Notes: generated by a model from the letters alone, not told the origin. A stretch of 64,000 nucleotides of DNA from Alphaproteobacteria bacterium (GCA_963665325.3 OZ224045.1:1920001-1984000), one strand, 5' to 3'. Positions 10,632 to 21,610 are shown, counted from the first letter of the stretch. Numbers and translations are program-made.

Positions 10632-12188
10632 ATGAGCAAGATCGTCACGGCCGCGGAGGCGGCGGCGCTGGTCCCGGCCGGCGCAACGCTGGGGGTGGAC
10701 GGGTTCGTCGGTTCGGTCTGCCCGGAAGAACTGCTGCTCGCACTGGAAGCGCGCTTCCTGGAGACAGGCGAGCCGGAAGGAATGACCGTCATTGCCTCGA
10801 CCGGCTCCGGCGACACCCGTGGACGCGGGCTCGACCGCTTGCGCCATGACGGGATGATCCGCCGCCTCGTCACATCCTATCTCAACCTCAACCGGATGCT
10901 TCAGCGCCGGCTGATCGACAACGAAATTGAGGGCTATCTGCTGCCGCTCGGCGTCATCGTGCAGCTGTACCGGGAGATTGCAGCGGGGCGGCCCGGCCTC
11001 GTGACCCATGTCGGTCTCGGCACGTTCGTCGATCCGGAGCATGGCGGCGGCAGGGTGAACGCCCGCACGGTCGAGGGCTATGTGGAGCGCGTGCGGCTCA
11101 GCGGGCGGGATTGGCTGTTCTACCCGTCCATGCGGCTCGATGCCGGACTGCTGAGGGGCACGACGGCGGACCCGGACGGCAATATCACCATGGAGCGCGA
11201 GATCGGCACCTTTCAGGGGCCGAGTTTCGCGCAGGCCGTGCGGAACTCGGGCGGCACCGTGCTGGCGCAGGTCGAGCGCATCGCGGAGCGCGGTTCGCTC
11301 GATCCGAGGAAGGTTGTGATTCCCGGCCATCTCGTGGACCGGGTGGTCGTGGCGCGGCCCGAGAACCATCCGCAGACCTTCGCGACCGCCTACGACCCGG
11401 TGTTCTCGGGCGAGGTCCGCGCGGACATGAGCGCGCGGCAGCCGCTGCCGCTGACGGTCAAGAAGGTGATCGGCCGGCGCGCGGCGATGGAGCTTCGCCG
11501 GGGCGATGTTGTCAATCTGGGCGTCGGCGCGCCCGAATATGTGGCGACCGTCGCCGGCGAGGAAGGCTGCGGCGACGCCTTCACGCTCACGGTCGAGTCC
11601 GGCGCAACGGGCGGTTATCCGGCCTACGGACTTTCCTTCGGCGCCGCGATCAATCCGAGTTCGGTCATCGACAACACCTACCAGTTCGACTTTTACGACG
11701 GCGGCGGGCTGGACATCACTTTCGTTGGCATGGCGGAGCTCGATGCCGCGGGCAATGTCAACGTGTCGAAGTTGAAGACGCGCATCCCCGGCATCGGCGG
11801 CTTCTTCAATGTGACGCAGGGCGCGAAACGGGTCGTGTTCTGCGGCCAGTTCTCGGCCGGGGAGTCGGATATCCGCGCAGTCGGCGGGCGCCTCGATATC
11901 CGGCGCGACGGGGACCCGGTCAAGTTCGTCGAGGCGGTCGAGCAGATCAGCTTCAACGCCCGCGCCGGCTTGGCGCGCGAACAGTCGATCATGGTCGTGA
12001 CAGAGCGTTGCGTCTTCGCCATCGACGAGGCCGGACCGGTTCTGACCGAGATTGCGCCCGGTGTCGATTTGGAAGGCGACGTGCTGACGCGGATGGCCTT
12101 CCGGCCCCGCGTTGCCGACGATCTTTGCGAAATGCCGGCGGCTCTCTTCCACGACGAGCCGATGGGCCTGGCGGCGCGGCTTTCCTGA
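10632..12188 (+). CDS. Acyl-CoA:acetate/propionate CoA-transferase (YdiF/Pct-like, fused)
   Basis: GLGTFVDP, RGTTADPDGN, VNLGVG, TVESG (catalytic Glu), DFYDGGGLD, GNVNVSK, TERCVF. Confidence 0.9.
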   Translation: MSKIVTAAEAAALVPAGATLGVDGFVGSVCPEELLLALEARFLETGEPEGMTVIASTGSGDTRGRGLDRLRHDGMIRRLVTSYLNLNRMLQRRLIDNEIEGYLLPLGVIVQLYREIAAGRPGLVTHVGLGTFVDPEHGGGRVNARTVEGYVERVRLSGRDWLFYPSMRLDAGLLRGTTADPDGNITMEREIGTFQGPSFAQAVRNSGGTVLAQVERIAERGSLDPRKVVIPGHLVDRVVVARPENHPQTFATAYDPVFSGEVRADMSARQPLPLTVKKVIGRRAAMELRRGDVVNLGVGAPEYVATVAGEEGCGDAFTLTVESGATGGYPAYGLSFGAAINPSSVIDNTYQFDFYDGGGLDITFVGMAELDAAGNVNVSKLKTRIPGIGGFFNVTQGAKRVVFCGQFSAGESDIRAVGGRLDIRRDGDPVKFVEAVEQISFNARAGLAREQSIMVVTERCVFAIDEAGPVLTEIAPGVDLEGDVLTRMAFRPRVADDLCEMPAALFHDEPMGLAARLS

Positions 12189-12212
12189 GCGGAAAACCGC
12201 GCCGGCCCGGCT

Positions 12213-13529
12213 CTATGCCGTGATGTTCTGGATCATCAATCGCGGCAGCCAGAGCACGATGCCCGGGAAGGCGACGAGCACGGCGACCGTGATGATGTCC
12301 GCCACGAAGAACGGCCAGATTCCCTTGAAGACGTCCTCAAGCGGAATATCCGGGCGCACGCCGTTGACCACGAAGCAATTGAGTCCGATGGGCGGCGTAA
12401 CCAGGCAGACCTCCACCATCTTGACGATGATGATGCCGAACCAGACCGGGTCGTAGCCGAGCGCCGTGACCGCCGGATAGACGACCGGCAGGGTCAGGAG
12501 CAGCATCCCGATGCCGTCCATGAACATGCCGAGCACAATATAGGCGAGCAGGATCAGGATCATCACGACGATGGGCGGCACATCGAGGCCGACAACAAAA
12601 TTGGCGAATGCCTCCGGCAGGCCCGAGAAGCCGAGGAACCGCACATAGATCAGGATCGACCAGATGATCGTGAAGATGAAGACCGTCAGCTTCGCGGTCT
12701 CCATAAGCGATTCCCGGAGGTTTGCGGGTCCCATATTCCGCTTGGCAAGCGCAATCAGGAAGATCACGAATGCCGCGACCCCGCCAACTTCGGTGGGTGT
12801 CATCCAGCCGGTGTAGATGCCGCCCAGGATGATGACGATCACGAAGAAGATGCCGGAAGCGCCGCCGAGAGACCGGACCTTTTCTCCGAAAGGAACGGCT
12901 GAAACGGGCGCACCCAGCGAAGGGTTCAGCTTGCAGCGGAAGATGATCAGCATCGCATAGATCACCGCCGAAAGCGCGCCCGGGATGAAGCCCGCCAGCA
13001 GCAGGGCGCCGACCGATTCCTCGACGATGATCGCATAGATCACCAGGATGGCGCTCGGCGGAATCAGCGAGGCCAGCGTGCCGCCCGCTGCGACCACGCC
13101 CGCAGCGAGGCTGCGGTCGTAGCCGTATTTCAGCATTTCGGGAATGGCGACCCGGCTGAACACTGCTGCAGTCGCTGTCGAGGCTCCCGAAACGGCCGCA
13201 AAACCGGCGGTCGCAAACACGGTTGCGACGGCCAAGCCGCCCGGCAAGGTGCCGAGCCAGCAACGCGCCGCGTAGAACGCACTCTGCGTCAGCCCGGCAT
13301 AGAAGGCCAGAAAACCGATGAGGATGAACATCGGCAGCACCGAGAGCGTGACATGACTCACCTCTGAATGCGCTAGCAACCCGGCGAGGCCGGCGCCGGG
13401 GTCGTAACCCCGCAGCCAGATCAGGCCGATAACGCCTGCAATTCCCGAGGCGTAGGCGACGCGGACCCCGAGCACCACCATGCCGATGATGATGACGACC
13501 GAGAGCAAACCTGCATTGAACGGATCCAT
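12213..13529 (-). CDS. dctM: TRAP transporter large permease
   Basis: Many TM helices; LPMFILIG, GGTLASLIPPS, TPPIGLN motifs. Confidence 0.92.
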   Translation of the reverse strand: MDPFNAGLLSVVIIIGMVVLGVRVAYASGIAGVIGLIWLRGYDPGAGLAGLLAHSEVSHVTLSVLPMFILIGFLAFYAGLTQSAFYAARCWLGTLPGGLAVATVFATAGFAAVSGASTATAAVFSRVAIPEMLKYGYDRSLAAGVVAAGGTLASLIPPSAILVIYAIIVEESVGALLLAGFIPGALSAVIYAMLIIFRCKLNPSLGAPVSAVPFGEKVRSLGGASGIFFVIVIILGGIYTGWMTPTEVGGVAAFVIFLIALAKRNMGPANLRESLMETAKLTVFIFTIIWSILIYVRFLGFSGLPEAFANFVVGLDVPPIVVMILILLAYIVLGMFMDGIGMLLLTLPVVYPAVTALGYDPVWFGIIIVKMVEVCLVTPPIGLNCFVVNGVRPDIPLEDVFKGIWPFFVADIITVAVLVAFPGIVLWLPRLMIQNITA

Positions 13530-13543
13530 ATCCCTCTACCCCC

Positions 13544-14206
13544 TCAAGCCTGCGTGCCGCCGTCGGGGCGGTTGTCGCGCTCCTGCGCTTCCTTGCCCAT
13601 GACTTCCTCAATCTCTGCGCGCGCATGCGCCGCCGCGTCCAGAATGACAGGCACAGCTACCGGCGCCTTGGCCGGATCGAGGAAGAGGCGGGCGTACCCC
13701 CAGACCTGTATGGACAACCGGATGCACAACAGCACCAACGCGAACGGAACGACCAACTTCCCGGGCCATGTTTGCAATTGCACATCGATGGTGCTGTCGC
13801 CGTCGATATAGGCGCGCAGGAAATGTTCCCAGCTCTTGTCGATGATAATCAGGCAATAGATAACGCCGATGATGACCGCAAAACACTCGGAAGCCCATAG
13901 AAACCGGCCTCGCATCTTGGAGATCACCAACTCCATCCGAACATGCACGCCGAGCCGTTGGGCGTATGCCGCAGGCAGGAACGCAAAAATCGCCATATAG
14001 ACTTCCACCCAGTCGATCGCGCCCGGAATCGGATGGTTGAAGAGTTTTCGTCCCAAGACTTCCACGACAACGAAAAACATCAAAATGAAAATCGTCCCTG
14101 CCGCAAACAGCGTCACAGCGTCTTCGACACGACTCATATGGCGGTCAATTGTAGCCAAGGCTCCGCTACCCTGACCCATGTTCGTTTCGTTGGAAGTCCC
14201 GACCAT
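13544..14206 (-). CDS. dctQ: TRAP transporter small permease
   Basis: 4 TM helices, GRKLFNHPIPG, HVRMEL; located between dctP and dctM. Confidence 0.88.
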   Translation of the reverse strand: MVGTSNETNMGQGSGALATIDRHMSRVEDAVTLFAAGTIFILMFFVVVEVLGRKLFNHPIPGAIDWVEVYMAIFAFLPAAYAQRLGVHVRMELVISKMRGRFLWASECFAVIIGVIYCLIIIDKSWEHFLRAYIDGDSTIDVQLQTWPGKLVVPFALVLLCIRLSIQVWGYARLFLDPAKAPVAVPVILDAAAHARAEIEEVMGKEAQERDNRPDGGTQA

Positions 14207-14247
14207 GGCAGTGCTTGCCTTCCACCCATTACCTAAAAGAAGTTAAT

Positions 14248-14285
14248 CAAAGAAACGGGGCCGTCTCTGGGAAGAGGCGGCCCCG
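14248..14285 (-). terminator. Hairpin plus U-tract between dctP and dctQ
   Basis: CGGGGCCGTCTCT/AGAGGCGGCCCCG inverted repeat 14256-14285, followed on the minus strand by TTTCTTT. Confidence 0.65.
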
Positions 14286-14305
14286 CGCAGTAGCCCGTTC
14301 CGACG

Positions 14306-15340
14306 TTATGCTGCCTTGTTGTGGACGGCTGCACGCTCGAGAATGAAGTCAAGCAGTGCCTGGGACGGAATCTTGCCGGCCCATTTTGCTACCCACTCGT
14401 TCCAGACCGGCTCAGCGCCGACCTTCTTGAGCTCGGCATGCTGTTCCTTCGAGAACTTCACGACCTGCATCTGCTTGTGGTAGAGCGGAATCCACTTCTC
14501 GTCAGCCTTTTTGTAAGCCGCGATCAGCGCATTGTAGGAGTTCCACTTCAGATCCGAATCGAACAGCGCACGATGTTCATCCGACAGGGCGTTATAGGCG
14601 TTTACATTCATAACGATGGGGCAGTTGACCGCACCCAGCGCCATGCCTTCGGTGAACCATTTCCCGACCTCGTTCAGCCTGTAGGCGCCAAACGTGTAGC
14701 TGTAGGGGAAAGAAATAGCCTGGACGATTCCGCGCTCCAGGGCCGTGTAGGTTTCCGGAGCCGGCATCGTGGTCGGCACGGCTTCCAGCTTCCGCATCGC
14801 ATCGCCGATGCCGCCGAGCGCGCGAACCCGCATGCCCTTGAAGTCCGAGGCGTCCTTCGGCGCGTCGCCGACGCCCATGAACTCATACTGCGGCAGGATG
14901 CCGGAGAAGATGGGAATGGCGTTCCAGCGTTTCATCTCCTTCTTCCATTCCGGATGGCCGTAGAAGTCCTCATGCACCTTCGCCTGGACCGTCAGCTCGG
15001 CGATGGGCAGGAACGGCAGGTCCAGCACCGTGCCGGCAGGGTTCTTGCCGGGATGGTAGGAGGTGCAGAAGTTCGCGGCCTCGTGGCTGCCGATCTTGAT
15101 GCCGTCGAGATTTTCCTTTGGAGGCGAGATCGCGCCGCCGTAATGGATCTTGAGCTTGAAATTGCCGCCCGACTTCTCGGCAAGATAGTCGCGCATCGCT
15201 TCCATGCCGGCAGTGAATGCACGCGGCTTGCCCCAGGTGGAGAAATTCCAGTTCACCTCATCTGCGGCGGAAGCGGACATGGCGACGCCTCCCACCATGG
15301 CCACCGCGGCAACGCCGCATGCCAGACGTACGATCTTCAT
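14306..15340 (-). CDS. dctP: TRAP transporter substrate-binding protein
   Basis: Signal peptide MKIVRLACG..ASA; DFKGMRVRA, ETYTALERG. Confidence 0.9.
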   Translation of the reverse strand: MKIVRLACGVAAVAMVGGVAMSASAADEVNWNFSTWGKPRAFTAGMEAMRDYLAEKSGGNFKLKIHYGGAISPPKENLDGIKIGSHEAANFCTSYHPGKNPAGTVLDLPFLPIAELTVQAKVHEDFYGHPEWKKEMKRWNAIPIFSGILPQYEFMGVGDAPKDASDFKGMRVRALGGIGDAMRKLEAVPTTMPAPETYTALERGIVQAISFPYSYTFGAYRLNEVGKWFTEGMALGAVNCPIVMNVNAYNALSDEHRALFDSDLKWNSYNALIAAYKKADEKWIPLYHKQMQVVKFSKEQHAELKKVGAEPVWNEWVAKWAGKIPSQALLDFILERAAVHNKAA

Positions 15341-15560
15341 GTTTGCACTCCCTTGGTCGCTGGTTTTGTCCGTTCGAGCCCGCAAGCCGGTACCCCCGCC
15401 TCACGCTTCGACAGGACTTCAGCCTGTCAATCTCCCACCATAGCAAGTCCGTCCGTAGAGTCGCAACCCGGTCGCGATACGGCCTCATGAAAGGGAATTC
15501 GTTTTGCCGGCGCGGGTTAACCCGGAGTGCGCGCTTTGGTAGCTTCCCGGGATGGGATGT

Positions 15561-16232
15561 ATGGAAGACCGTAATGCCGCCGAGCGGCTGGCGGCGGTGA
15601 CAGGCCGCATCGGGGCAGCTGCCGAGGCCGCCGGGCGAGACCCTTCGTCCGTCCGGCTGGTGGCGGTGTCGAAGCTGCAGCCGGAGGCGCGCGTCGCGGG
15701 GGCGCTGGAAGCCGGGCACCGGCTCTTCGGGGAGAACCGGGTGCAGGAAGCCGAGGAACGCTGGCCGGCGCTGAAGGAGCAATACCCAGATATCGCGCTC
15801 CACCTGATCGGCGGGCTGCAGACGAACAAGGTCCGGGCGGCCGCGCGGCTGTTCGACGTCATTGAGACGGTGGACCGGCCCCGGCTTGCCGCGGCACTGG
15901 CGCGCGAGTTCGAGTGGACGGGCAGGGCGCTTCCCTGCTTCGTGCAGGTCAATACCGGCGACGAGCCGCAGAAGGGCGGCGTGGCGCCGTCAGCGCTCGA
16001 CGGTTTCCTCGACGAGTGCCGAACGGGATACGGCCTCGATGTGGTCGGGTTGATGTGTATTCCGCCAGCCGAGGATCGGCCCGGGCCGCATTTCGCTTTC
16101 CTGCGAGAGGCAGCCCGACGCAACGGCCTCGGCGGACTGTCGATGGGCATGAGTGCGGATTTCGAGACCGCGATCCGCTTCGGCGCAACCCATGTGCGGG
16201 TGGGCAGCGCGGTTTTCGGGGCGCGCGGCTGA
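15561..16232 (+). CDS. yggS: YggS family PLP-binding protein
   Basis: [43 protein letters not shown]. Confidence 0.95.
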   Translation: MEDRNAAERLAAVTGRIGAAAEAAGRDPSSVRLVAVSKLQPEARVAGALEAGHRLFGENRVQEAEERWPALKEQYPDIALHLIGGLQTNKVRAAARLFDVIETVDRPRLAAALAREFEWTGRALPCFVQVNTGDEPQKGGVAPSALDGFLDECRTGYGLDVVGLMCIPPAEDRPGPHFAFLREAARRNGLGGLSMGMSADFETAIRFGATHVRVGSAVFGARG

Positions 16233-16329
16233 GGCCGTTCCGCCGCTCTGTCTCACTCCCCGGAATCGCCTCGTTTCCGGAGTTGTGATAGCGTTTGCGT
16301 GGATACCTCCCCTTCCGGAGACCGGCAGG

Positions 16330-17013
16330 ATGGCGCGCACGATTTTGCTCGTGGACGACGACGAAACGCTGCGCGGCGTGCTTGCCGAGCAATTGCAGTT
16401 GCGAGACGAATTTGCGACGCAGGAGGCAGGCACGGCCAGAGAAGCCGTCGAGGCCGTAGAGTCGGGGCAGTTCGATGCCGTGATTCTCGATGTCGGCCTG
16501 CCGGACATGGACGGGCGCGAGCTGTGCCGGGCGATGCGGAGCCGGGGGGTGAAGGTGCCGATCGTCATTCTGACGGGTGTCGATACGGATGCCGACGCCG
16601 TTCTCGGCTTCGATGCGGGCGCGAACGACTATGTCACCAAGCCGTTCAGGTTCGAGGTCCTGCTGGCCCGGCTCAGGGCGCATCTGCGCCAGCACCAGCA
16701 GAGCCACGACGCCGCCCTCGATATCGGCGGCTACAAGTTCCGCCCCGCCTATAAACAGCTCCTCGACGGGACGGGCGGGAGGACGGTGCGCCTGACCGAG
16801 AAGGAAACGGCCATCCTCCAGTATCTCTACCGCGCCGGCGGGGCGACGGTCAGCCGGGAGACGCTCCTGCGGGAGGTCTGGGGCTACCGCCCCGGCGTGA
16901 CCACGCACACGCTCGAAACCCATATCTACCGCCTGAGGCAGAAGATCGAGCGCGACCCTTCCCATACCCGGATCCTGGTGACCGAACCGGGTGGATACCG
17001 GTTGGCGTCCTGA
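16330..17013 (+). CDS. OmpR-family response regulator
   Basis: LLVDDD, ILDVGLPD, DYVTKPF, HTLETHIYRLRQKIE. Confidence 0.93.
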   Translation: MARTILLVDDDETLRGVLAEQLQLRDEFATQEAGTAREAVEAVESGQFDAVILDVGLPDMDGRELCRAMRSRGVKVPIVILTGVDTDADAVLGFDAGANDYVTKPFRFEVLLARLRAHLRQHQQSHDAALDIGGYKFRPAYKQLLDGTGGRTVRLTEKETAILQYLYRAGGATVSRETLLREVWGYRPGVTTHTLETHIYRLRQKIERDPSHTRILVTEPGGYRLAS

Positions 17014-17014
17014 C

Positions 17015-17842
17015 TTGTCCGCTTCTTTCGAAGTCCGTTTTCGCGGGGTGCGTGGCAGCATCGCCTGTCCGGGACCGGGAACGGCCGGATATGGCGGCAA
17101 TACAGCCTGCATCGAACTGCGCTGCGGGGAACGGCTCGTGGTTCTCGATGCAGGCACCGGCCTGAGGGGACTGGGCGCAGACCTGGCCGGCGAGGGGCCG
17201 TTCGAAGCAGACATATTGCTGAGCCACACGCATCTGGACCATGTGGTCGGCCTGCCGTTTTTCGCGCCGCTGTTCGACGCCCGCAACCGGTTCGCCCTTC
17301 GCGCGGGCCATCTGGCGGACCGCGGCGGTGTGCGGCAGGTGCTGGAGCGGTTGCTATCGCCGGAACTGTTCCCGGTGCCGCTGGAGGGCTTTGCAGCCGA
17401 ATTGCGCTGCCTCGACTTCCACGCCGGAGAAGCCTTTGCACTTGGAGACGGCATCCAGGTACGCACGGCTCCGCTCGACCATCCGGGCGGCGCCACGGGC
17501 TACCGGGTGGAGTTCAGCGGGAGGTCCGTCTGTTATGTCAGCGACACCGGCCATAAGCCAGGCGAGCCGAACGGGCACATTCTGGGGCTCATCGAGGGCG
17601 CGGATATCGTGATCTACGATGCGATGTTCACCGAGGAGGAATTTGCCCGCCGTCCGGACTGGGGGCATTCGACCTGGAACGAGGGCGTTAGGCTCTGCGA
17701 GGCGGCAGGGGCTGAGACGCTGGTGTTGTTCCACCATGACCCGCGCCGCGACGATGAAGCGATGGTCCGCCTGGGCGCGGAAGCGGCCGAGCGCCGGCCG
17801 GGCACGCTGGTCGCGCGGGAAGGCGCGGTACTGAGCCTCTGA
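17015..17842 (+). CDS. MBL-fold metallo-hydrolase
   Basis: RGVRGS, GGNTAC, SHTHLDH, HPGG, WGHS, LFHHDP; TTG start inferred. Confidence 0.88.
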   Translation: MSASFEVRFRGVRGSIACPGPGTAGYGGNTACIELRCGERLVVLDAGTGLRGLGADLAGEGPFEADILLSHTHLDHVVGLPFFAPLFDARNRFALRAGHLADRGGVRQVLERLLSPELFPVPLEGFAAELRCLDFHAGEAFALGDGIQVRTAPLDHPGGATGYRVEFSGRSVCYVSDTGHKPGEPNGHILGLIEGADIVIYDAMFTEEEFARRPDWGHSTWNEGVRLCEAAGAETLVLFHHDPRRDDEAMVRLGAEAAERRPGTLVAREGAVLSL

Positions 17843-17859
17843 AGCGGCAGACGCGCCGC

Positions 17860-18432
17860 TCAGCTTTCTTCCGGCTCCCGCCAGCGGCGGACGGTGCCGA
17901 GGTCGACGTCGAACAGGTCGAGGGCGCGGCCGAGCGTGTGGTCGATCATCTCGTCCAGGCTCTGCGGGCGGGCGTAGAAGGCCGGGACCGGCGGCATGAC
18001 GATGGCGCCGTTCTCGCTTGCGGCCGACATGGCGCGGAGATGGCCGGTATGCAACGGCGTCTCGCGCACGAGCAGCACCAGCCGTCGGCGTTCCTTCAGC
18101 GTCACATCCGCGGCGCGGGTCAGCAGGTTCGTCGTCGTGCCCCAGGCAATCTCGGAGAGCGACCGGACCGAGCAGGGTGCTACCACCATGCCGCGCGTGC
18201 GGAACGAGCCGGAGGCGATGGCGCCCGCAATGTCGCGGGGGTTGTACACCCGGTCCGCGAGCGCCTTCACCTCCGCGGCCCTGCGGTCGGTCTCGTGCGA
18301 AAGCGTGACCTCGGCGGACGCGGTCATCACCAGGTGCGTTTCGATCGCGCTCGCTGCCAGAAGCTCCAGCAGGCGGACGCCGTAAACGACGCCGGAGGCG
18401 CCGCTGATGCCGATGACGAGACGGTCTGTCAT
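17860..18432 (-). CDS. ubiX: Flavin prenyltransferase
   Basis: GISGASG, IASGSF, RAADVTLKERR, RETP, PPVPAFY. Confidence 0.95.
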   Translation of the reverse strand: MTDRLVIGISGASGVVYGVRLLELLAASAIETHLVMTASAEVTLSHETDRRAAEVKALADRVYNPRDIAGAIASGSFRTRGMVVAPCSVRSLSEIAWGTTTNLLTRAADVTLKERRRLVLLVRETPLHTGHLRAMSAASENGAIVMPPVPAFYARPQSLDEMIDHTLGRALDLFDVDLGTVRRWREPEES

Positions 18433-20012
18433 GCCGACTGCAGCCTCGCCGATGCGGCCGGTTCCTGCAAGCCGGCGCGCGCCATGACGAAGGCGGGCAG
18501 GAGACCGGCGAAAGCCAGCAGGCCGACCGCCACGAACACGTCCTGGAAAGCCTGCGCCTCGGCCTGCGCCAGCACGACTTCGCCCAGATAGCGCGCCGCG
18601 GTCGCGCTCGCCTCCTCGGGCCCGAGCCCGCCGATGGCGGCCAGCCGGCCCACGCCCTCCAGCATCGCCTTGCTGGCGGCGTTGGCTGCCGTCTGCGTCG
18701 CCGTGAAGGCCTGGGCGAATACGCCCGTGCGCATTTCCAGCAGCACCACCAGCAGGTTGATGCCGCAGGCGCCGCCGAGCATCCGGGTAAAGTTCACCAG
18801 TCCCGATCCCTGCTGCAACTGGTCCGGGCGCACCGCTCTAAGCGACCCGGTGTTGAGAGAGGGGATGACGAAGGAGAGCCCGAAGCGGTTAATCATGATG
18901 AAGAACGCAAAGGTCCAGAAGGGCGTGTCGGCGTCGGCCGTGGACATGAGCAGGAAGCCGAGCCCGAATACGGCAAGCCCGGCCATGATCGGCCAGTGCG
19001 CCGGCACCATGTCGCTGATCCGCCCCGCGACCGGGAACATGACCGCCATCAGCAGGCCCGCCGGCACCATCAGCAGGCCCGCCCGCGTCGCCGTGTAGCC
19101 CTGCACTTCCTGCACGAAGACCGCGATGAGGTAGATCGAGCCGAACATGCTGAAGCCGAAGATGAAGCCGACGGCGAAGGCGGAGGCGAAACGCCCGTTG
19201 CGGAACAATGTCAGGTCGAGCAGGGGCGCCCGCGCTGCCAATTGGCGGAATATGAAGCCTGCCGTGGCGGCCGCGCCGAGGGCGAGTTCGAAGACGATTC
19301 TGTCTGAGCTCCACCCGATGCGCTGGCCGCTGGCGAGACCGTCGAGAAGGGCCACGATGGCCGTGACCAGAAGCAGGAAGCCCGGCCAGTCGAAGGCTGT
19401 GCGCGGGCCGACGGCCTCGCGCTCGGGCATGAAAACGAGGCCGAGCGGCAGGGCCGCCACGACGCCCGGCAGAGGGATCAGGAAGACCCAGCGCCAGTCG
19501 AAGCCGTCGATGGCGAGCCCGCCGAGCGCCGGGCCGAACGCCGGCGCCAGCACGACGCCCAGGCCGAATAGTCCCATCGCCGTGCCGCGCCGCTCGGGCG
19601 GGAACACGCGGAACAGGATCTGCATGGACAGCGGCTGCAGCAGCCCGCCGCAGGCGCCCTGGACGACGCGGGAAAGGATGACGACATCGAGGCTGGGCGC
19701 GGCCGCACCCGCGAAGGCGGCAGCGGTAAAGGCAAGAAGCGTCCCGGTGAGTACTGCCCTGGCGCCGAAATGGCGGACCAGCCAGGCATTGAGCAGCATG
19801 CCGGCCGTCATGGCGGCGAAATAGCCGGTTGCGACCCATTGCGCGCGGTCCTGCCCCACGCCGAATGCGCCCATGATGTGCGGCACGGCCACGGTGACGC
19901 TCGTCGCGGAGAGCACCATGGCGATCATGGCGACCAGCGCCGTGCCGCTCGCCCACCACCGATATTGCGCCCCGAAGCGCTCCGTCAGGACCTCAACGGT
20001 CTCGGACGTCAA
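18429..20012 (-). CDS. DHA2 family MFS efflux permease (EmrB-like)
   Basis: Many TM helices; RVVQG, APAFGPALGG, FDWPG, PLLDL. Confidence 0.9.
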   Translation of the reverse strand: MTSETVEVLTERFGAQYRWWASGTALVAMIAMVLSATSVTVAVPHIMGAFGVGQDRAQWVATGYFAAMTAGMLLNAWLVRHFGARAVLTGTLLAFTAAAFAGAAAPSLDVVILSRVVQGACGGLLQPLSMQILFRVFPPERRGTAMGLFGLGVVLAPAFGPALGGLAIDGFDWRWVFLIPLPGVVAALPLGLVFMPEREAVGPRTAFDWPGFLLLVTAIVALLDGLASGQRIGWSSDRIVFELALGAAATAGFIFRQLAARAPLLDLTLFRNGRFASAFAVGFIFGFSMFGSIYLIAVFVQEVQGYTATRAGLLMVPAGLLMAVMFPVAGRISDMVPAHWPIMAGLAVFGLGFLLMSTADADTPFWTFAFFIMINRFGLSFVIPSLNTGSLRAVRPDQLQQGSGLVNFTRMLGGACGINLLVVLLEMRTGVFAQAFTATQTAANAASKAMLEGVGRLAAIGGLGPEEASATAARYLGEVVLAQAEAQAFQDVFVAVGLLAFAGLLPAFVMARAGLQEPAASARLQSA

Positions 20013-21129
20013 TGTTCACTTCCACCATCATTCCCGGCAGGAGCGTCATGTCGTTGCGCTCCAGGGCGATGCGCACGGGCACGCGCTGGGTGATCTTGGT
20101 GAAATTTCCGCTCGGGTTGGGTGTGGGAAGCAGGGCGAAGTTGGCGGTGGTGGTGCTGCCGATGCGCTCGACGGTGCCCGTGAACTCGGTGTCGGGATAG
20201 GCGTCCACGGAAACGGCCACCGCCTGGCCAACCCTGAGCCGGCTGAGCTCAGTCTCCTTGATATTGGCTTCGATCCAGAGCTCGCCCGGGTCGTGAAGCA
20301 TCAGCATGCGTTGGCCGTCATTCACGTATTCGCCCTGCTCGACGAAGATACGGTCGATCAGTCCGTCGTTGGGTGCGCGCAGCAGCCGGTCGTCCACATC
20401 GACCCGCTGCTGGTCGAGCTCCGCCATCAGCCGGGCGGTCCGGTGGTCCAGCATGGCGAGCTCGGAATCGGTCACTTCGAGGCGCCGGCGCTCCGCCTCC
20501 GCCTCGGCCATCTGGGCGCGTGCGGCCTGGGTTTCGGCATCGACCTTCTGCAGGTCGGCCTCGATCCGGTCCACTTTGGAGTTGGCCTGGTCGAGGGCAT
20601 GTTTCGAGACGACCCGACGCTCGTAGAGCGCCCTGGCGCGGCGGAGTTCGGAGCGCGCGAGGTCGAGGTCCGTCAACAGTACCGAGCGGCCGGCCTTGCT
20701 CGCACGGACATCGCTCTCGCGGCTGAGCATCCTTGTCGAGGTCTGCGCATCCATGACGCCGCGCTCGACGAGCAACCGGCGCCGCTCCGCTTCGAGCCCG
20801 GCCAGTTCGGCTTCGATGCCTTGCACCCTGAGCTTCGGGATCCGGTCGTCGAGGCGCGCCAGCACCTGACCGGTCTCCACGCGGTCTCCTTCATCGACCG
20901 CTAGTTCGAGGATTACGCCCTCCACCTTGCTCGCAAGCGTCACCATGTTCGCCTTGATGCGCGCATCGTATTCGTGGACATGCGTGAAGCGGTCCCACAC
21001 CTCGCGCCCGCCATAGGCCAGCGCCGCGCAGGCGATGACGGCAATGGCGAGATAGCGCAGCCGCCGCATGGCGCCGCCGCGTCGCGCCGGCGGCGGGGGC
21101 GCGGCAGCGGTCTCAGGCGTTTCAGCCAT
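19993..21129 (-). CDS. HlyD family membrane fusion protein (EmrA-like)
   Basis: N-terminal TM, coiled coil, ANIKETEL, FALLPTPNPSGNFTKITQRVPVRI. Confidence 0.92.
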   Translation of the reverse strand: MAETPETAAAPPPPARRGGAMRRLRYLAIAVIACAALAYGGREVWDRFTHVHEYDARIKANMVTLASKVEGVILELAVDEGDRVETGQVLARLDDRIPKLRVQGIEAELAGLEAERRRLLVERGVMDAQTSTRMLSRESDVRASKAGRSVLLTDLDLARSELRRARALYERRVVSKHALDQANSKVDRIEADLQKVDAETQAARAQMAEAEAERRRLEVTDSELAMLDHRTARLMAELDQQRVDVDDRLLRAPNDGLIDRIFVEQGEYVNDGQRMLMLHDPGELWIEANIKETELSRLRVGQAVAVSVDAYPDTEFTGTVERIGSTTTANFALLPTPNPSGNFTKITQRVPVRIALERNDMTLLPGMMVEVNIDVRDR

Positions 21130-21610
21130 GGTCCCTGTCCTCGTTCAGCCCTTCGAGACGGTTCCGTATTGCGTTGAAGACATGGAGGCAGACGTCGAGT
21201 TGCTGCGGGTCGATATCCTGCGTCAGCTCCTGGCGAAGCTCCCTGCCGACCCGGTCGATCTCCTCCAGCAGTGGCAGGGCAGCCGGCGTCAGCCGGACCG
21301 TCTTGGCGCGCCGGTCGCTGGGCGAGTCCCGCCGCTCGATCAGCCCGTCGCGGGCGAGCGCGTCGAGCTGCGGCACGAGCGTCGAGTCCCTGATGCCGAC
21401 GCGGAGCGCGAGGCGGCCCTGCGTCAGCCCATCGGGATAGGCGCTGAGATGGATCAGCGCTGCCCAGCGCGCCTGCGAGACGCCGAGCGGCTTCAGCCGC
21501 GCGTCGAGCGCCTGGCGCCAGAGCCGCGATAGCACCGCCAGCTTCAGGCCGAAGCGGTGGTCGCTCTCCAGTCCCGACGTGCTGCCTGTCTTCGCTTCCT
21601 CATAATTCAT
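21122..21610 (-). CDS. MarR family regulator (SlyA-like)
   Basis: SQARW, TQGRLA, DRRAKTVRLT wHTH; first gene of the emrAB-ubiX operon. Confidence 0.9.
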   Translation of the reverse strand: MNYEEAKTGSTSGLESDHRFGLKLAVLSRLWRQALDARLKPLGVSQARWAALIHLSAYPDGLTQGRLALRVGIRDSTLVPQLDALARDGLIERRDSPSDRRAKTVRLTPAALPLLEEIDRVGRELRQELTQDIDPQQLDVCLHVFNAIRNRLEGLNEDRDHG